64,000 nucleotides of DNA from Clostridia bacterium (lineage in GTDB: Bacteria; Bacillota; Clostridia; Oscillospirales; CAG-272), in contig JAFRQK010000035.1 of NCBI GenBank assembly GCA_017428635.1, positions 12,632-76,631 of the forward strand. The letters are read 5' to 3'. This document shows positions 10,122 to 20,738 of the stretch, piece after piece. A program made the translations under genes and the position numbers. Positions within the stretch are counted from its first letter, which is position 1. Every line of letters begins with the position of its first letter. The notes under the pieces are model-generated. The model searched no databases. It had not been told where the DNA came from and saw only the letters and a list, made by a program, of their open reading frames with translations.

Positions 10122-11222
10122 ATGGCGAAAAAGGCGAAAAAGAAAAAAGAGCAGGCGACGGAAAGACTGTCCGTCGTCGGAGGGATCAATAAATACAGAG
10201 GCGTGATCATGGGCGCCGCCGCCCTTATGATCTTTCTGTTCCATCACTGGACGGTGATAATCCCGTCCCTTTTTCCGAACCATCCGACGCTCGGGGCGAT
10301 CTCTCTTTTCGCCGTCACTCACGGCCACGCAGGGGTCGATATCTTCTTCCTTCTGTCCGGGATCGGTCTGGTCTGGGCGGCTGACAAGAGTTCGGTCGGA
10401 CGGTTTTATCTCAGGCGGATAAAAAGGGTATATATCCCGTTTCTCATCTGCTACGCAGTCCTTTTCCTTCTCACGGGGCAGTCGTTTCTGCGGTGGCTTC
10501 AGCTCGTAAGCGGATATTCGTTCCTCTTTGAGAACATGTACTCCGTTCTGTGGTTCGTTCCCGCCGTTCTGATCTTCTATCTCTTGTTCCCGCTGTACAA
10601 TTTTCTTCTCAAAAAACTGCGTTTTCCCGTCCTCGTCACCGCCGTCGCGATCGGGCTCTGGTATCTCGGGTCTCTTCTGCCGATCAGATACGACCTGTAC
10701 GGCTTTTACAACAGGATCCCCGTGTTCCTGATCGGCGTGATGCTCGGGCGGCTCGAAAAAGACGGAAAATTCCCCAAAACGAAACTTATTTACCTCGCGG
10801 GTCCCGTTCTGTTCGCCGCGGGCGTCGTGACGGCGCGCCTCGTCGAAAATCACGGCGTCCCCATGCTCGTTCCCGTCCCGAATTGCTTCGTCCCGACGCT
10901 CTGCCTCGGGATCGGGACCGTTCTCATCCTCGCTTTCATTCTCGATTTTCTGTACCGTTTCAGGATCGCCGGGAAGGTCGCCGATTTCGTTTGCGTCCCG
11001 TTTTCGTATCTCGGGAAAACATCCCTTGAGTTTTATCTCGTCCAGATGTTCACCGTCCGCGGGATCCTGTATTCCGACCGCGGGATCGTATCCGTGTCGA
11101 CCGGATCGACGCTCGGGAACGATCTGTTGATCCTTCTCGCCGCCGTCGGTCTTTCGTTCGTCCTCTCGACCGTCTCCGGTCTCGTCTGCAGGCTGATACC
11201 CGAGGGGAGGAAAAAGCCGTGA
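10122..11222 (+). CDS. Acyltransferase-3 family membrane acyltransferase
   Basis: ~10 TM segments; GVDIFFLLSG, RRIKRV, WFVP..LIFY motifs. Confidence 0.85.
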   Translation: MAKKAKKKKEQATERLSVVGGINKYRGVIMGAAALMIFLFHHWTVIIPSLFPNHPTLGAISLFAVTHGHAGVDIFFLLSGIGLVWAADKSSVGRFYLRRIKRVYIPFLICYAVLFLLTGQSFLRWLQLVSGYSFLFENMYSVLWFVPAVLIFYLLFPLYNFLLKKLRFPVLVTAVAIGLWYLGSLLPIRYDLYGFYNRIPVFLIGVMLGRLEKDGKFPKTKLIYLAGPVLFAAGVVTARLVENHGVPMLVPVPNCFVPTLCLGIGTVLILAFILDFLYRFRIAGKVADFVCVPFSYLGKTSLEFYLVQMFTVRGILYSDRGIVSVSTGSTLGNDLLILLAAVGLSFVLSTVSGLVCRLIPEGRKKP

Positions 11223-11968
11223 GCGGCGTGTCCCCGCGCGGTCTGTCCGCGAACGTTCTGAAGATCATCGCGGCGATCTCGATGACCGTCGATCACGTCG
11301 GCGTCCTTCTGTTTCCGAAGATCTACGTTCTGCGCATCGTCGGGCGTCTCGCGATGCCTCTTTTTGCCTGGTTCATAGCAGAGGGGATGATCAGGACGCG
11401 CTCGCCCGTCAGATACTTTCTGCGGGTCTTCACTCTCGCCGTCGTCTGTCAGATACCGTATATTCTAGTCGAGCGGGAGTTTTATCTCGGCATCCTCTTT
11501 ACTTTTTCGTGTTCCATAGGGATAATGGCGATCGTCCGGATCCTTCTTTATTCGCCCGAAAAAGAAACGACCCGGGAGGCCCGGGTCCTGTATGCGCTCG
11601 GCCTTTGCGCCGCCGTCGCGTTTGCGTATTTCCTTTGTAAGTACGTGAAGATCGACTACGGATTTTTGGGGATCCTTCTTCCCGTGAGCGCCTATCTGTT
11701 CCGCGGGAAAGGGGCGCGGACGGTATCGTTCACCGTCTGCCTTCTCGCGATGTGCGCCGTCCTCGTCCTCGGGGAGAACCCGTCGTCGTTTGCCGATATC
11801 CCGCGCATCGTCATGACGAAGGAGCCCGAGCCGTTCGCGCTTCTCGCGATCCCGCTGATCGCTCTGTACTCCGGGTACCGCGGGAAACTCAGGATGAAAT
11901 ATTTCTTCTATATCTTCTATCCCGCGCACATGCTGATCATCTACGCTTTATCGCTTATTCTGAAGTAA
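11219..11968 (+). CDS. TraX-family membrane protein
   Basis: LKIIAAISMTVDH, GRLAMPLFA, AEG, KYFFYIFYPAH. Confidence 0.88.
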   Translation: MSGVSPRGLSANVLKIIAAISMTVDHVGVLLFPKIYVLRIVGRLAMPLFAWFIAEGMIRTRSPVRYFLRVFTLAVVCQIPYILVEREFYLGILFTFSCSIGIMAIVRILLYSPEKETTREARVLYALGLCAAVAFAYFLCKYVKIDYGFLGILLPVSAYLFRGKGARTVSFTVCLLAMCAVLVLGENPSSFADIPRIVMTKEPEPFALLAIPLIALYSGYRGKLRMKYFFYIFYPAHMLIIYALSLILK

Positions 11969-12662
11969 GATCGAAAAAGACGACCTCGGGCGGGTTGTTT
12001 ATCCTCGGAGCGGGCGATCTGTTGCCGATCCCTCTGCCGACGAAAAAACGGCCTCCGTCGTAGAACCCGGACGTGTATTTGGGAAATAAGCCCTGACCGG
12101 GAGCGAGAACTCCGCGTCCGAAAAACCTCCACTGGCCTCCGTGCGCGTGGCCGGACAGGGTGAGGTCGATCGGGGCGGTTTTGACGTATTTGTCGTAATA
12201 TTGCGGGTAGTGGCTCAGAAGGATCCGATAACCCTCCTCCCGCGCGAACCGGTCGAGAAACGCGATGTCCGGATCGTCGCCACGCGGGGTGAGCCCTCCG
12301 ATGAGCACCCCGCCGAACGGAACGAAGGCGTCGTCGAGCAGGACCGCGCCCGTATTCTCAACGTCGGAGCGCGCTACGTTCGCCTTGTTCTCATGATTGC
12401 CTAAACTGACAAAGGTCGGGAAGATCTCCGCGGCTTCGCCGAGGAAACAAAGCCCGACCTTTTTCGTTTTTTCACTGTGAACAAAGTCGCCGCATACGAG
12501 TACCGCGTCGGGGGCGCCTTTTTTTATCGCTTCGATCACCGGCCCGTTCGGAAAGCAGTGAAGATCCGAGACGAAGGAGAAGCGGACGGGCGAGGGGATA
12601 GGCGCCTTTACCTTGTAAAACGCCGTCGTGAGCCTGCGCCCGGGCCTTTTGCCTCCTTTCAT
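11955..12662 (-). CDS. Metallophosphoesterase
   Basis: SDLH, GD, GNHE, SHYP, GHAHGGQ motifs. Confidence 0.9.
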   Translation of the reverse strand: MKGGKRPGRRLTTAFYKVKAPIPSPVRFSFVSDLHCFPNGPVIEAIKKGAPDAVLVCGDFVHSEKTKKVGLCFLGEAAEIFPTFVSLGNHENKANVARSDVENTGAVLLDDAFVPFGGVLIGGLTPRGDDPDIAFLDRFAREEGYRILLSHYPQYYDKYVKTAPIDLTLSGHAHGGQWRFFGRGVLAPGQGLFPKYTSGFYDGGRFFVGRGIGNRSPAPRINNPPEVVFFDLTSE

Positions 12663-13015
12663 CGCGACACGTCCTTAGTGGCCACGACGGGGACGCCCGT
12701 GTTCGCCGCGTCGGGAACGATCACGTCGCCGATCTTCACGGGAAGGGAAGGTCTCGCCGCCTTGATATCGCCTACGACGTCGAAGATCGCCTTCTTCGGT
12801 ACCGTTCCCGCCGTTTTTACCGGGACGGGGACGCCGTCCTCGGAAAGCGCGGTCGAGGTGACCGTTCTTTTCGGCGCGGTGACCTCTTCCTCGGCGTATT
12901 TTTTGCCTATCGGACACGTGTTGCCCGTTACGGAAACGGGGACGCCGCCCTCAAGTTCGACCGTAAGATCGCATCCCATGGGGCATCCGATGCAGATCAG
13001 TTTTACCGTTTCCAT
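12659..13015 (-). CDS. DUF1667 family small Fe-S/CxxC protein
   Basis: CIGCPMGC, GNTCPIG; third gene of the usual FAD-oxidoreductase triplet. Confidence 0.85.
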   Translation of the reverse strand: METVKLICIGCPMGCDLTVELEGGVPVSVTGNTCPIGKKYAEEEVTAPKRTVTSTALSEDGVPVPVKTAGTVPKKAIFDVVGDIKAARPSLPVKIGDVIVPDAANTGVPVVATKDVSR

Positions 13016-13016
13016 A

Positions 13017-14279
13017 TCACACCCCCGCGATCGAGACCGTGACGGGACCCGTCACGCCCACAAGGTCTTTTTTCTTCAGGATCACGTCCTCCATCTCGGA
13101 GGGAACGGTGATCCTCTTCTTTTTTGACAGGATCGTTTTGCCGTCCGCGGAGACGACGATCTCGCATGACTTGTAAACGTCCCTTACTCGGAACCGCAGA
13201 TGGATGAGATCGTCGCACCTCACGGGATCGACGGTCGAGGGAACTGTGTACCTCACGCCTGCGCCGGGCACGATCTCAATTGCTCCGCCCGCCGACTTTT
13301 CAGCGCTTCCCGACAGATATCTCGCTGCGGACGCGCCTGCCCTTTCCGCCTCCTCGGAGACGAAGTCGACGAGGTCGTGAACGTGCAGAACGTTTCCGCA
13401 CGCGAAGACGCCCGTAACGTTCGTCTCGAGCCGGTCGTCGACGAACGGCCCGTTCGTGACGGGGTTGAGTTTCACGCCCGCGGTCAGCGACAGCTCGTTT
13501 TCGGGTATCAGTCCGCACGAGAGAAGGAGAGTGTCGCACTCGACGTACTCCTCCGTTCCCGGTACGGGAACGCCGTTCCCGTCGACTTCTGCGACGGTGA
13601 CGCCCTCCAGGCGCCGCTTGCCCTTGATATTTACGACGGTGTGGGAGAGCAGAAGCGGGATCCCGTAGTCGTCGAGGCATTGAACGATGTTTCTTTTGAG
13701 GCCGCCCGAGTACGGCATCAGTTCGGCGACGAGTTTTACCTCGGCGCCCTCGAGCGTCATCCTTCTCGCCATGATCAGCCCGATGTCGCCCGAGCCGAGG
13801 ATGACGACTTTTTTGCCCGGTACGAATCCGTCGCAGTTGACGAGTTTCTGCGCCGCGCCGGCGGTGTAGATCCCCTGCGGACGCGTTCCGGGGATGTTCA
13901 GCGCCCCGCGCGGCCGTTCGCGGCAGCCCATCGCGAGGACGACGGCGTCCGCCTCGATCATGCAGAGGCCGCGCGCGCGGCTGACAGCCGTTATCTTTTT
14001 GTCTTCCGAGATCGAGAGGACCATAGTCCCCGTCTCGTATCTTATGCCGAGTTCCTTTACCCGGTCGATATACCGTCCCGCGTACTCGGGGCCGGTGAGT
14101 TCTTCCTTGAACGTGTGAAGACCGAATCCGTTGTGGATGCACTGGTTGAGGATGCCGCCGAGTTCGGTATCGCGTTCGAGGATCACCATATCGCGGACGC
14201 CTGCTTCGTACGCGCCGACCGCCGCCGCCATTCCGGCGGGGCCTCCGCCGATGATCGCAAGGGAGACTTTCTCAGCCAT
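13017..14279 (-). CDS. NAD(P)/FAD-dependent oxidoreductase
   Basis: GGGPAG, GGILNQCIHNGFG, GSGDIG, GNVLHVHDLVD. Confidence 0.9.
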   Translation of the reverse strand: MAEKVSLAIIGGGPAGMAAAVGAYEAGVRDMVILERDTELGGILNQCIHNGFGLHTFKEELTGPEYAGRYIDRVKELGIRYETGTMVLSISEDKKITAVSRARGLCMIEADAVVLAMGCRERPRGALNIPGTRPQGIYTAGAAQKLVNCDGFVPGKKVVILGSGDIGLIMARRMTLEGAEVKLVAELMPYSGGLKRNIVQCLDDYGIPLLLSHTVVNIKGKRRLEGVTVAEVDGNGVPVPGTEEYVECDTLLLSCGLIPENELSLTAGVKLNPVTNGPFVDDRLETNVTGVFACGNVLHVHDLVDFVSEEAERAGASAARYLSGSAEKSAGGAIEIVPGAGVRYTVPSTVDPVRCDDLIHLRFRVRDVYKSCEIVVSADGKTILSKKKRITVPSEMEDVILKKKDLVGVTGPVTVSIAGV

Positions 14280-15684
14280 TTTTCTTCACCTCCCCGTAGG
14301 AGATACCGAGTTCCCGCGAGAGGATCGCGATGACGCGGGGCGAGCAGAAACCGGACTGGCATCTCCCCATTCCCGCGCGGACGCGTCTCTTCACGCCGTC
14401 GAGCGTCGTCGCGCCGAGCGGACGCCTGATCGCGTCGAGTATCTCTCCCTCGCTGACGCCCTCGCAGCGGCAGATTATCTGACCGTAATCGGGATTTTTC
14501 TTTATATATTCCGCGCGTTCTTCGTCGCTCATTCGGGACAGGCGCGGCACTCCCCGTCTTACGGGGTCGAAGTTTTCGTTTTCTTCAAGCGACAGCGCGT
14601 CGCTCACCGTTTCCGCGACGGCCGCGCCTATCGCGGGAGCGGAGGAGAGACCCGGCGATTCTATCGCCGCCGCCTCGAAAAAGTTCTTGACCTTTTCGTC
14701 CTCGCGGATGATGAAATCGCCCGTATCGCCCGTCGCGCGCAGACCCGCGAACGAGGTGATGACGAGTTTGTACGGGATATTCTTAACGTTGTGCGCGCTC
14801 ATATCTTTCAGCTTCGAGATGCCCGACCCGGTCGTCGCGGTGTCTTCGGGATCGTCGACCGCTTCCGCGGTCGGTCCGACCATCAGATTCCCGTGAACGG
14901 TCGGCGTGACGAGAACGCCCTTGCCCTGCTTCGACGGCGTGCCGAAGACGGTATGCGAGACGGTCCCGCCCGCGTTTTTGTCGAGAAGAAGGTACTCGCC
15001 TCTTCTCGGAGTTATCGTATAGTCGCGCTCGGCGATCATCTCTCTGATCTTCGCCGAGAAAACGCCCGCGCAGTTGACGACGGCGCGCGCGAAATACTCC
15101 GCACCCGACGCGGTCACGGCGAATCCTTCGCCTTCGCGCCTGATCGCTGTGACTTCGCTGTTCAGTTTGAAGACGACGCCGTTTTTCGCGGCGTTTTCCG
15201 CGAATCCGAGCGTCAGCTCGAACGGGCAGACGATCCCCGAAGACGGGCAGTAAAGCGCGGAGGTGACGTCGTCCGTCAGCCCAGGCTCAAGGGCTCTCGC
15301 CTCGTCGCCTGAGAGGACACGGAGGCCGCCGACGCCGTTTTTCTCACCGCGGGCGAGCAGTTCCCTCACCGTTTCGTCTCCCTCGGCGGAGCGGCTGACG
15401 ACGAGCGCGCCGATCCGGGAAAACGGTACGTCGAGCTCCTCGGAGACGCGGTCCATCATCGCGTTTCCGATGACGTTGTATTTCGCTTTGAGCGTACCGG
15501 GCTTCGCGTCGAAACCGCCGTGGATTATGGCGCTGTTCGCCTTGCTCGTCCCCTCGCCCACGTCGCTCTCGCGCTCGAGCACGAGAATACGGGCGCGGCG
15601 GCGGGAGAGTTCCCGCGCGACGGCGCATCCGATGACGCCCGCGCCGATCACGGCGACGTCGAAGATGTTTTCTTTATCGGTCAT
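14272..15684 (-). CDS. FAD-dependent oxidoreductase with BFD-like [2Fe-2S] domain (GlpA/LhgO-like)
   Basis: GAGVIG, TSKANSAIIHGG, CRCE...GRCQSGFC. Confidence 0.88.
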   Translation of the reverse strand: MTDKENIFDVAVIGAGVIGCAVARELSRRRARILVLERESDVGEGTSKANSAIIHGGFDAKPGTLKAKYNVIGNAMMDRVSEELDVPFSRIGALVVSRSAEGDETVRELLARGEKNGVGGLRVLSGDEARALEPGLTDDVTSALYCPSSGIVCPFELTLGFAENAAKNGVVFKLNSEVTAIRREGEGFAVTASGAEYFARAVVNCAGVFSAKIREMIAERDYTITPRRGEYLLLDKNAGGTVSHTVFGTPSKQGKGVLVTPTVHGNLMVGPTAEAVDDPEDTATTGSGISKLKDMSAHNVKNIPYKLVITSFAGLRATGDTGDFIIREDEKVKNFFEAAAIESPGLSSAPAIGAAVAETVSDALSLEENENFDPVRRGVPRLSRMSDEERAEYIKKNPDYGQIICRCEGVSEGEILDAIRRPLGATTLDGVKRRVRAGMGRCQSGFCSPRVIAILSRELGISYGEVKKNG

Positions 15685-15952
15685 ACGGCTATTTCCTCAC
15701 GTTGAAAAAGTGCGTTTTCTTCACGTTTATTATACACTATTTTCGCAGGGAAAAAAAGAGGAAAAACTCGCTCGCGGACGAAAAAACGGTAAATTCCGCG
15801 CGGTTGACATCGGCGGGCGTCTGCTTTATAATAAACGGTGAAAAAAAGGTCGGAAGGGGGCGAGGGAAACGGATAATCAAAGCGCCGGAAAAAGAGCTGC
15901 GGCAGCCGCTCTGCGCCGCGTTGCGGCTCTTATCGTCAAAGGCCGTTTTATC

Positions 15953-18121
15953 GTGATCGCCGTCTTCGTTCTGGCGTCCGTTTTTTGCGTTTTTTCGGCA
16001 GGCTGGGTCAAGGTGAACGCTGAGCTCACCTCGTATCTGCCTCCGTCGTTCGAGACGCGCCGCGGCCTTTCGATCATGGATGAAGAGTTTCCCGCGACGT
16101 TTTTCGCGGACTTTATGGTGAAGGACGTGACGCCTGACGAAGCGAGGGCGATCGCGGACAGGATCGAAAAGACCGATCGCGTTCTCGCCGTCTCGTTCGA
16201 AGGGACGAAGAAGGACTACGTTGATTCCTCCGCTCTCTTTTCCGTCACGTTCGACGGACCGGAGGCGGACCCGGACGTCGCGGCCGCCGTCCGCGCGGTC
16301 AGGGAAATCGCGGACGGGAAGGAACTTTACGAATATTCCGGTATAACCTCCGCGTATTCCGACACCCTCGCGCGCGAGATGATCCCGATCCTGGCGATCG
16401 CGGTCGCCGTTATCGTCGGCGCGATAATATTCACTTCGCGCTCGTATTTTGAGATCGCGCTCTTCGCGGTCGTATTTACCGTCGCCGCCGTTCTGAATAT
16501 GGGAACGAACTTCATATTCGGAGAGATCGGCGCGATCACGAATTCGGTCGCCGTGATCCTTCAGCTTGCGCTGGCGATCGACTATGCGATAATCCTGTCG
16601 CACCGGTATCAGGATGAGGCGGCGGTCAGGGGTTACGGAAAAGAAGCGCTGATCGAGGCGCTCTCGCATTCGATCGTCGAGATATCTTCGTCGTGCTTTA
16701 CGACGGTCGCGGGTCTTCTCGCCCTGACGCTTATGCAGTTCCGTCTCGGCTACGATCTCGGTATCGTGCTCGCCAAGGGCATTCTGTGCAGTATGCTCAC
16801 GGTTTTCTTGCTGATGCCCGCGCTCATCTCTCTGACTTCCCGCGCGATAGAAAAAACGCGCCATAAGTCTTTCGTTCCCGATATCGGACGGTGGGCCCGC
16901 TTTCTCGCGAAACGGGGGATCGTTTTCGCCGTGATCTTCGCGGTCCTTCTGCCGCTCTCCGCGTTTTTCGCGTCGCGGGTCGATTACGCGTTCTCAAACA
17001 AGACCGTCGATCCGGTCGTCGCATCGGGCGGGGACGGCGACGTCATCGACTCCGTTTTCGGGTACAGGACGCCCGTCGTTATCCTCGTCCCGGACGGGGA
17101 TTATGAAAAAGAAAAAGAACTCGTCGGGCGCGTTGCCGCGACCGACGGCGTCAGGACCGTCACGGGTCTGCCGAACGCGGGAGCCGACGGGATATATCTC
17201 ACGGATACCGTGTCCGCAGACGAACTCGCCGCGCTCGCCGGGGTCGACCCAGAGCAGGCGAGGCGGCTGTTCTCCGTTTACGGGAGGGCGAGGGGCATAT
17301 CGGACGCCGCGTTTGAGGCGCCGCTCTGCGATCTGCTCTCGTTTTTCTTCGATAATTTCGAGACGTCCGACGGCGACGGACGGTTCGACGCCTCGACGAT
17401 AAAGTCCGCTCTCGCGCAGCTCAAGGGCGCGGAACACGACCGCGTCGTGCTGACCGTTTCGCTCCCCGTAGAGGGAGAGGAAAGCCGCGCGCTGGTCGAT
17501 ACGCTGCGCGGGCTCGGCGACTCCGTTTACGGAGAGGGGAAGACGGTCGTTATAGGCGATATCACGAGCGCGCGCGACCTCGAGGCGTCCTTCAGAAGCG
17601 ACCGCGTACTGATCGGCACCCTCACCGTTCTGTTCGTCCTCGCCGTTTTGCTGTTCACGTTCAGATCGGTCGCGGGGTCGGTCCTTCTCGTCGCCGTGAT
17701 CCAGGGCAGCATCTGGCTCGGATTCGCCGTTTCGTATTTCACCGGGACGCGCGCCGCGTTCGTTACCGAGATGATAACGACGGCGGTGCAGATGGGCGCG
17801 ACGATCGACTACGCGATCGTCCTTATGAACAGATATCTAGCGAACCGCGAACAGCTTCCGAAAAAAGACGCGATGGTAGCGGCGCTTCGACAGAGTTTTC
17901 CGACGGTACTGACGTCGGGGACGATAATGACCGTCGCCGGTCTTCTCATCGCTTTCGGGATCAGCGACGTCTACGTCGGCCACATCGGTCTCGCCATCGG
18001 GCGGGGGGCGGCGTTCTCCGCCCTGATCGTCCTGACGGTCCTGCCGCCGCTGCTCGTTCTGTTCGACCGGGCGATAATCGGGACGACGTTTTCAAAACGA
18101 AGGGGCAGATTCGTGAAATAA
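15953..18121 (+). CDS. MMPL/RND-family transporter (true start probably upstream)
   Basis: Two repeats with AIDYAI and ATIDYAI motifs, ~12 TM. Confidence 0.88.
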   Translation: MIAVFVLASVFCVFSAGWVKVNAELTSYLPPSFETRRGLSIMDEEFPATFFADFMVKDVTPDEARAIADRIEKTDRVLAVSFEGTKKDYVDSSALFSVTFDGPEADPDVAAAVRAVREIADGKELYEYSGITSAYSDTLAREMIPILAIAVAVIVGAIIFTSRSYFEIALFAVVFTVAAVLNMGTNFIFGEIGAITNSVAVILQLALAIDYAIILSHRYQDEAAVRGYGKEALIEALSHSIVEISSSCFTTVAGLLALTLMQFRLGYDLGIVLAKGILCSMLTVFLLMPALISLTSRAIEKTRHKSFVPDIGRWARFLAKRGIVFAVIFAVLLPLSAFFASRVDYAFSNKTVDPVVASGGDGDVIDSVFGYRTPVVILVPDGDYEKEKELVGRVAATDGVRTVTGLPNAGADGIYLTDTVSADELAALAGVDPEQARRLFSVYGRARGISDAAFEAPLCDLLSFFFDNFETSDGDGRFDASTIKSALAQLKGAEHDRVVLTVSLPVEGEESRALVDTLRGLGDSVYGEGKTVVIGDITSARDLEASFRSDRVLIGTLTVLFVLAVLLFTFRSVAGSVLLVAVIQGSIWLGFAVSYFTGTRAAFVTEMITTAVQMGATIDYAIVLMNRYLANREQLPKKDAMVAALRQSFPTVLTSGTIMTVAGLLIAFGISDVYVGHIGLAIGRGAAFSALIVLTVLPPLLVLFDRAIIGTTFSKRRGRFVK

Positions 18122-18157
18122 AAAAGGACCGGGGACAGCCCCGGCCCTTTGGGATAA

Positions 18158-18598
18158 TTACTCGTTATCCTTTTTGATGATGTCTCTGATCTCGGAAAGG
18201 ATCTCTTCCGCGGTTTCCTTCTTCTCTTCCTCTTCCTCTTCCGCGGGCTCTTCTTTCTTGAATTTTTCCTTCGCTTTGAGGATTATCTTCAGGAAAATGA
18301 AGATGCACAGCGCGATAAGGATGAAGTCGATGATCGTCTGGATGAACGCGCCGTATGTGAGAGCCGCTTCCGGGGTCACGACCTCGCCCGCCTCGTCGAG
18401 GACTGCGGGTGAGAATACCCATTTCAGCTCGCTGATGTTGACGCCGCCGAACAGAAGACCGATGAGGGGCATGATGATGTCGTTCACGAAGCTCGACACG
18501 ATCTTTCCGAACGCACCGCCGATTACGACCGCGACAGCCATGTCGATGACGCTGCCTTTGGAGATGAATTCCTTGAATTCGGTTGCAAACTTTTTCAT
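18158..18598 (-). CDS. mscL: Large-conductance mechanosensitive channel
   Basis: EFKEFISKGSVIDMAVAVVIGGAFGKIVSS...YGAFIQ. Confidence 0.96.
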   Translation of the reverse strand: MKKFATEFKEFISKGSVIDMAVAVVIGGAFGKIVSSFVNDIIMPLIGLLFGGVNISELKWVFSPAVLDEAGEVVTPEAALTYGAFIQTIIDFILIALCIFIFLKIILKAKEKFKKEEPAEEEEEEKKETAEEILSEIRDIIKKDNE

Positions 18599-18691
18599 TT
18601 TCTGCTCCTTTCATAGATTTTCCGGGATTTGAGATAATTCTAACATCTGACCCGGTCGTTGTCAATATATAATTCAGGACGGAGGTACGCC

Positions 18692-19240
18692 ATGATAATC
18701 GAACTCGGCGACTTTTTCTCATCTCAGAAGAGCTCTTTTCCGCTCGATCTCTGCTTCTCGCCGGAGGACGGAGCGGACGCGACGGGGATGATCCCCGCGG
18801 AAATGAAGATAAAAGAAAACGGCATTATTCTGAAGGGCGAGATCAGGAGCGTCGGAGACTATCTGTCCCTTTCTTCGACAGTCACGGTGAAGTACCGCGC
18901 CGTTTGCGACCGCTGCCTTGCGCCGTTCGAAGCCGAGACGTCGTTCGGATTCGAACGCCAGATCGTCGCGTCGCAGAAAAAAGCAGTTCAGCGTGAGGAC
19001 GGCGAGGAAGAAGAACCGCTCGCGGTCGAGGAGGGAAAGATCGACGTCACGGAACCGCTGTCCGAGGCGATCGCGCTCGAGGCGCCGACGGTCTATCTGT
19101 GCCGCGAGGAGTGTCCGGGTCTCTGCCCGACGTGCGGGAAAATGCGGGACGATCCGACGTGTAAATGTTCCGAAAAAAAAGAAATTGACCCGAGATTCGA
19201 GATTTTGAAAAAATTACTTGATAATTCTTCCGAAGTGTAG
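18692..19240 (+). CDS. DUF177/YceD family protein
   Basis: CDRCL, CREECPGLCPTCG, DPRF; upstream of rpmF. Confidence 0.9.
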   Translation: MIIELGDFFSSQKSSFPLDLCFSPEDGADATGMIPAEMKIKENGIILKGEIRSVGDYLSLSSTVTVKYRAVCDRCLAPFEAETSFGFERQIVASQKKAVQREDGEEEEPLAVEEGKIDVTEPLSEAIALEAPTVYLCREECPGLCPTCGKMRDDPTCKCSEKKEIDPRFEILKKLLDNSSEV

Positions 19241-19311
19241 TATAATAATCTGTACTCGCGTAAAAATGCGTAAAAAATGTATTGTGATATATATGGTAGG
19301 AGGTGTAGATC

Positions 19312-19497
19312 ATGGCAGTACCGAAGGGTAAGGTGTCTAAGGCCCGCAGAGATAAAAGACGTTCCAACGTTTGGAAACTGGGGCTTCCCGGTATGGTAAA
19401 ATGCTCTCATTGCGGAGAGTACAATCTCGCGCACCGCGTTTGCAAGGCTTGCGGCTGGTACAACGGAGAGCAGGTCGTCAACAAGGAAGAGGCGTAA
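19312..19497 (+). CDS. rpmF: 50S ribosomal protein L32
   Basis: [17 protein letters not shown], CxxC...CxxC. Confidence 0.97.
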   Translation: MAVPKGKVSKARRDKRRSNVWKLGLPGMVKCSHCGEYNLAHRVCKACGWYNGEQVVNKEEA

Positions 19498-19569
19498 GAC
19501 AAGTTATGCCCGGACCGTGGCGTCGGAACACGACGCGGCGGTCTGTTTTTTTAGGACGGAGGCGAGAAT

Positions 19570-20160
19570 ATGAAATATTCACCCGCGTCGGGCGGCGGCA
19601 GAGTATCGGTTTCGGCGGTGCTCCTTCTCGTCGCGGCGGCGGTCACGTTTATGATCCCGAACATCCCGTCCGTTTCGGCGGCGGTCCCGTCAGGCGTCGT
19701 TCAGTTTATCGCTCTTCTTCTCGCCGTGGCAGGCATCTTTATCCTCGTCCGGTTCAGATTCGTCACGTTCACGTACGTGCTCGACTTCCGTTCCGACGGA
19801 GCGGACCCCGACGCCGAGCGCGCGTACGCGGGTGAGGCCGACGTCAGCCGGATCCCGCGAGATATGCTCGACTTCACCGTCTTCAAAACGCAGGGGCAGA
19901 GACAGCCCGTAGCGGAGTGTATCCTCGGGATCGACGAACTTGAGGCCGTGAAGGAATTCCCCGGACGCCGCGGGATCGCCCGCGAACTGCGGCGCGAATA
20001 CGGCGCCGTCGCGTACTACGATTACACCGCGTCCCCGAGGCCGGAGAGCGTTACGGTCCTCGTCTTCTCCGAACCCGACAAAAAGGCGGCGATAGCCGTA
20101 GAGTGCGACGAAAAAATGAGAAACGCGCTGAAAGATCTCATCTCCGGAGGTGTCAGTTGA
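19570..20160 (+). CDS. Hypothetical membrane protein (2 N-terminal TM)
   Basis: GGAGG RBS, host-like codon usage, operonic. Confidence 0.65.
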   Translation: MKYSPASGGGRVSVSAVLLLVAAAVTFMIPNIPSVSAAVPSGVVQFIALLLAVAGIFILVRFRFVTFTYVLDFRSDGADPDAERAYAGEADVSRIPRDMLDFTVFKTQGQRQPVAECILGIDELEAVKEFPGRRGIARELRREYGAVAYYDYTASPRPESVTVLVFSEPDKKAAIAVECDEKMRNALKDLISGGVS

Positions 20161-20732
20161 AAGTTTTCGGTAAGATCGTAAAATACTTTTTAATATCGGT
20201 CGTCGTTATATTCAACGCGATCATAATATTCCGCGTCGCTCTGTCGCTCAACAAAGGCGAACTGAAAGCGATCGAGCCGACGGAGGCTCTTTGCGCCGCG
20301 TACGCGGAAGACGAAAATCTTGAGATCCTCACGAACAAACTCCCGAACGATCTGTCGACGAACAGAGCGTTTACCGCATACTCGTTCTGCTACGTTCCCG
20401 CCGCGGGCGAGGCCCAGATCACGGTCAGGATCAACAGGGGCGAGTACAAGAAAGTCTCGCTTCCCGAGGGCGGGGAGTTCACTTTCTCCCTGCGCGATAC
20501 GGAGACCGACGAGCTGACGGAGGGCGAGATCCTCGAGATCAGGGACTGGATGATGTACCGCTATTTCAGAGTGTCGTTCCCCTGCGGGAAGCTGAAGGAC
20601 GGAGTCACCTACGGGGTGCTGCTCCTCGCGAACGGGGAGGCGGAGGACGAGATGATCGTCCGTCATAAAGATCAGGCTTTTTCGACCCGTTCGCTCACGT
20701 CGGGCGAGCGCGGCGCTCTCTCTTTGAAATGA
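20157..20732 (+). CDS. Hypothetical protein with N-terminal membrane anchor
   Basis: TTG start after GGAGG, overlaps the upstream stop. Confidence 0.65.
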   Translation: MKVFGKIVKYFLISVVVIFNAIIIFRVALSLNKGELKAIEPTEALCAAYAEDENLEILTNKLPNDLSTNRAFTAYSFCYVPAAGEAQITVRINRGEYKKVSLPEGGEFTFSLRDTETDELTEGEILEIRDWMMYRYFRVSFPCGKLKDGVTYGVLLLANGEAEDEMIVRHKDQAFSTRSLTSGERGALSLK

Positions 20733-20738
20733 GGTTTT

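Noticed and set aside
11219-11968. TraX as evidence for a conjugative element
   Set aside because: TraX-family genes are commonly chromosomal; no other transfer genes nearby
12659-15684. FAD oxidoreductase/DUF1667 triplet as a novel system
   Set aside because: Widespread operon in anaerobes, often linked to glycerol-3-phosphate metabolism
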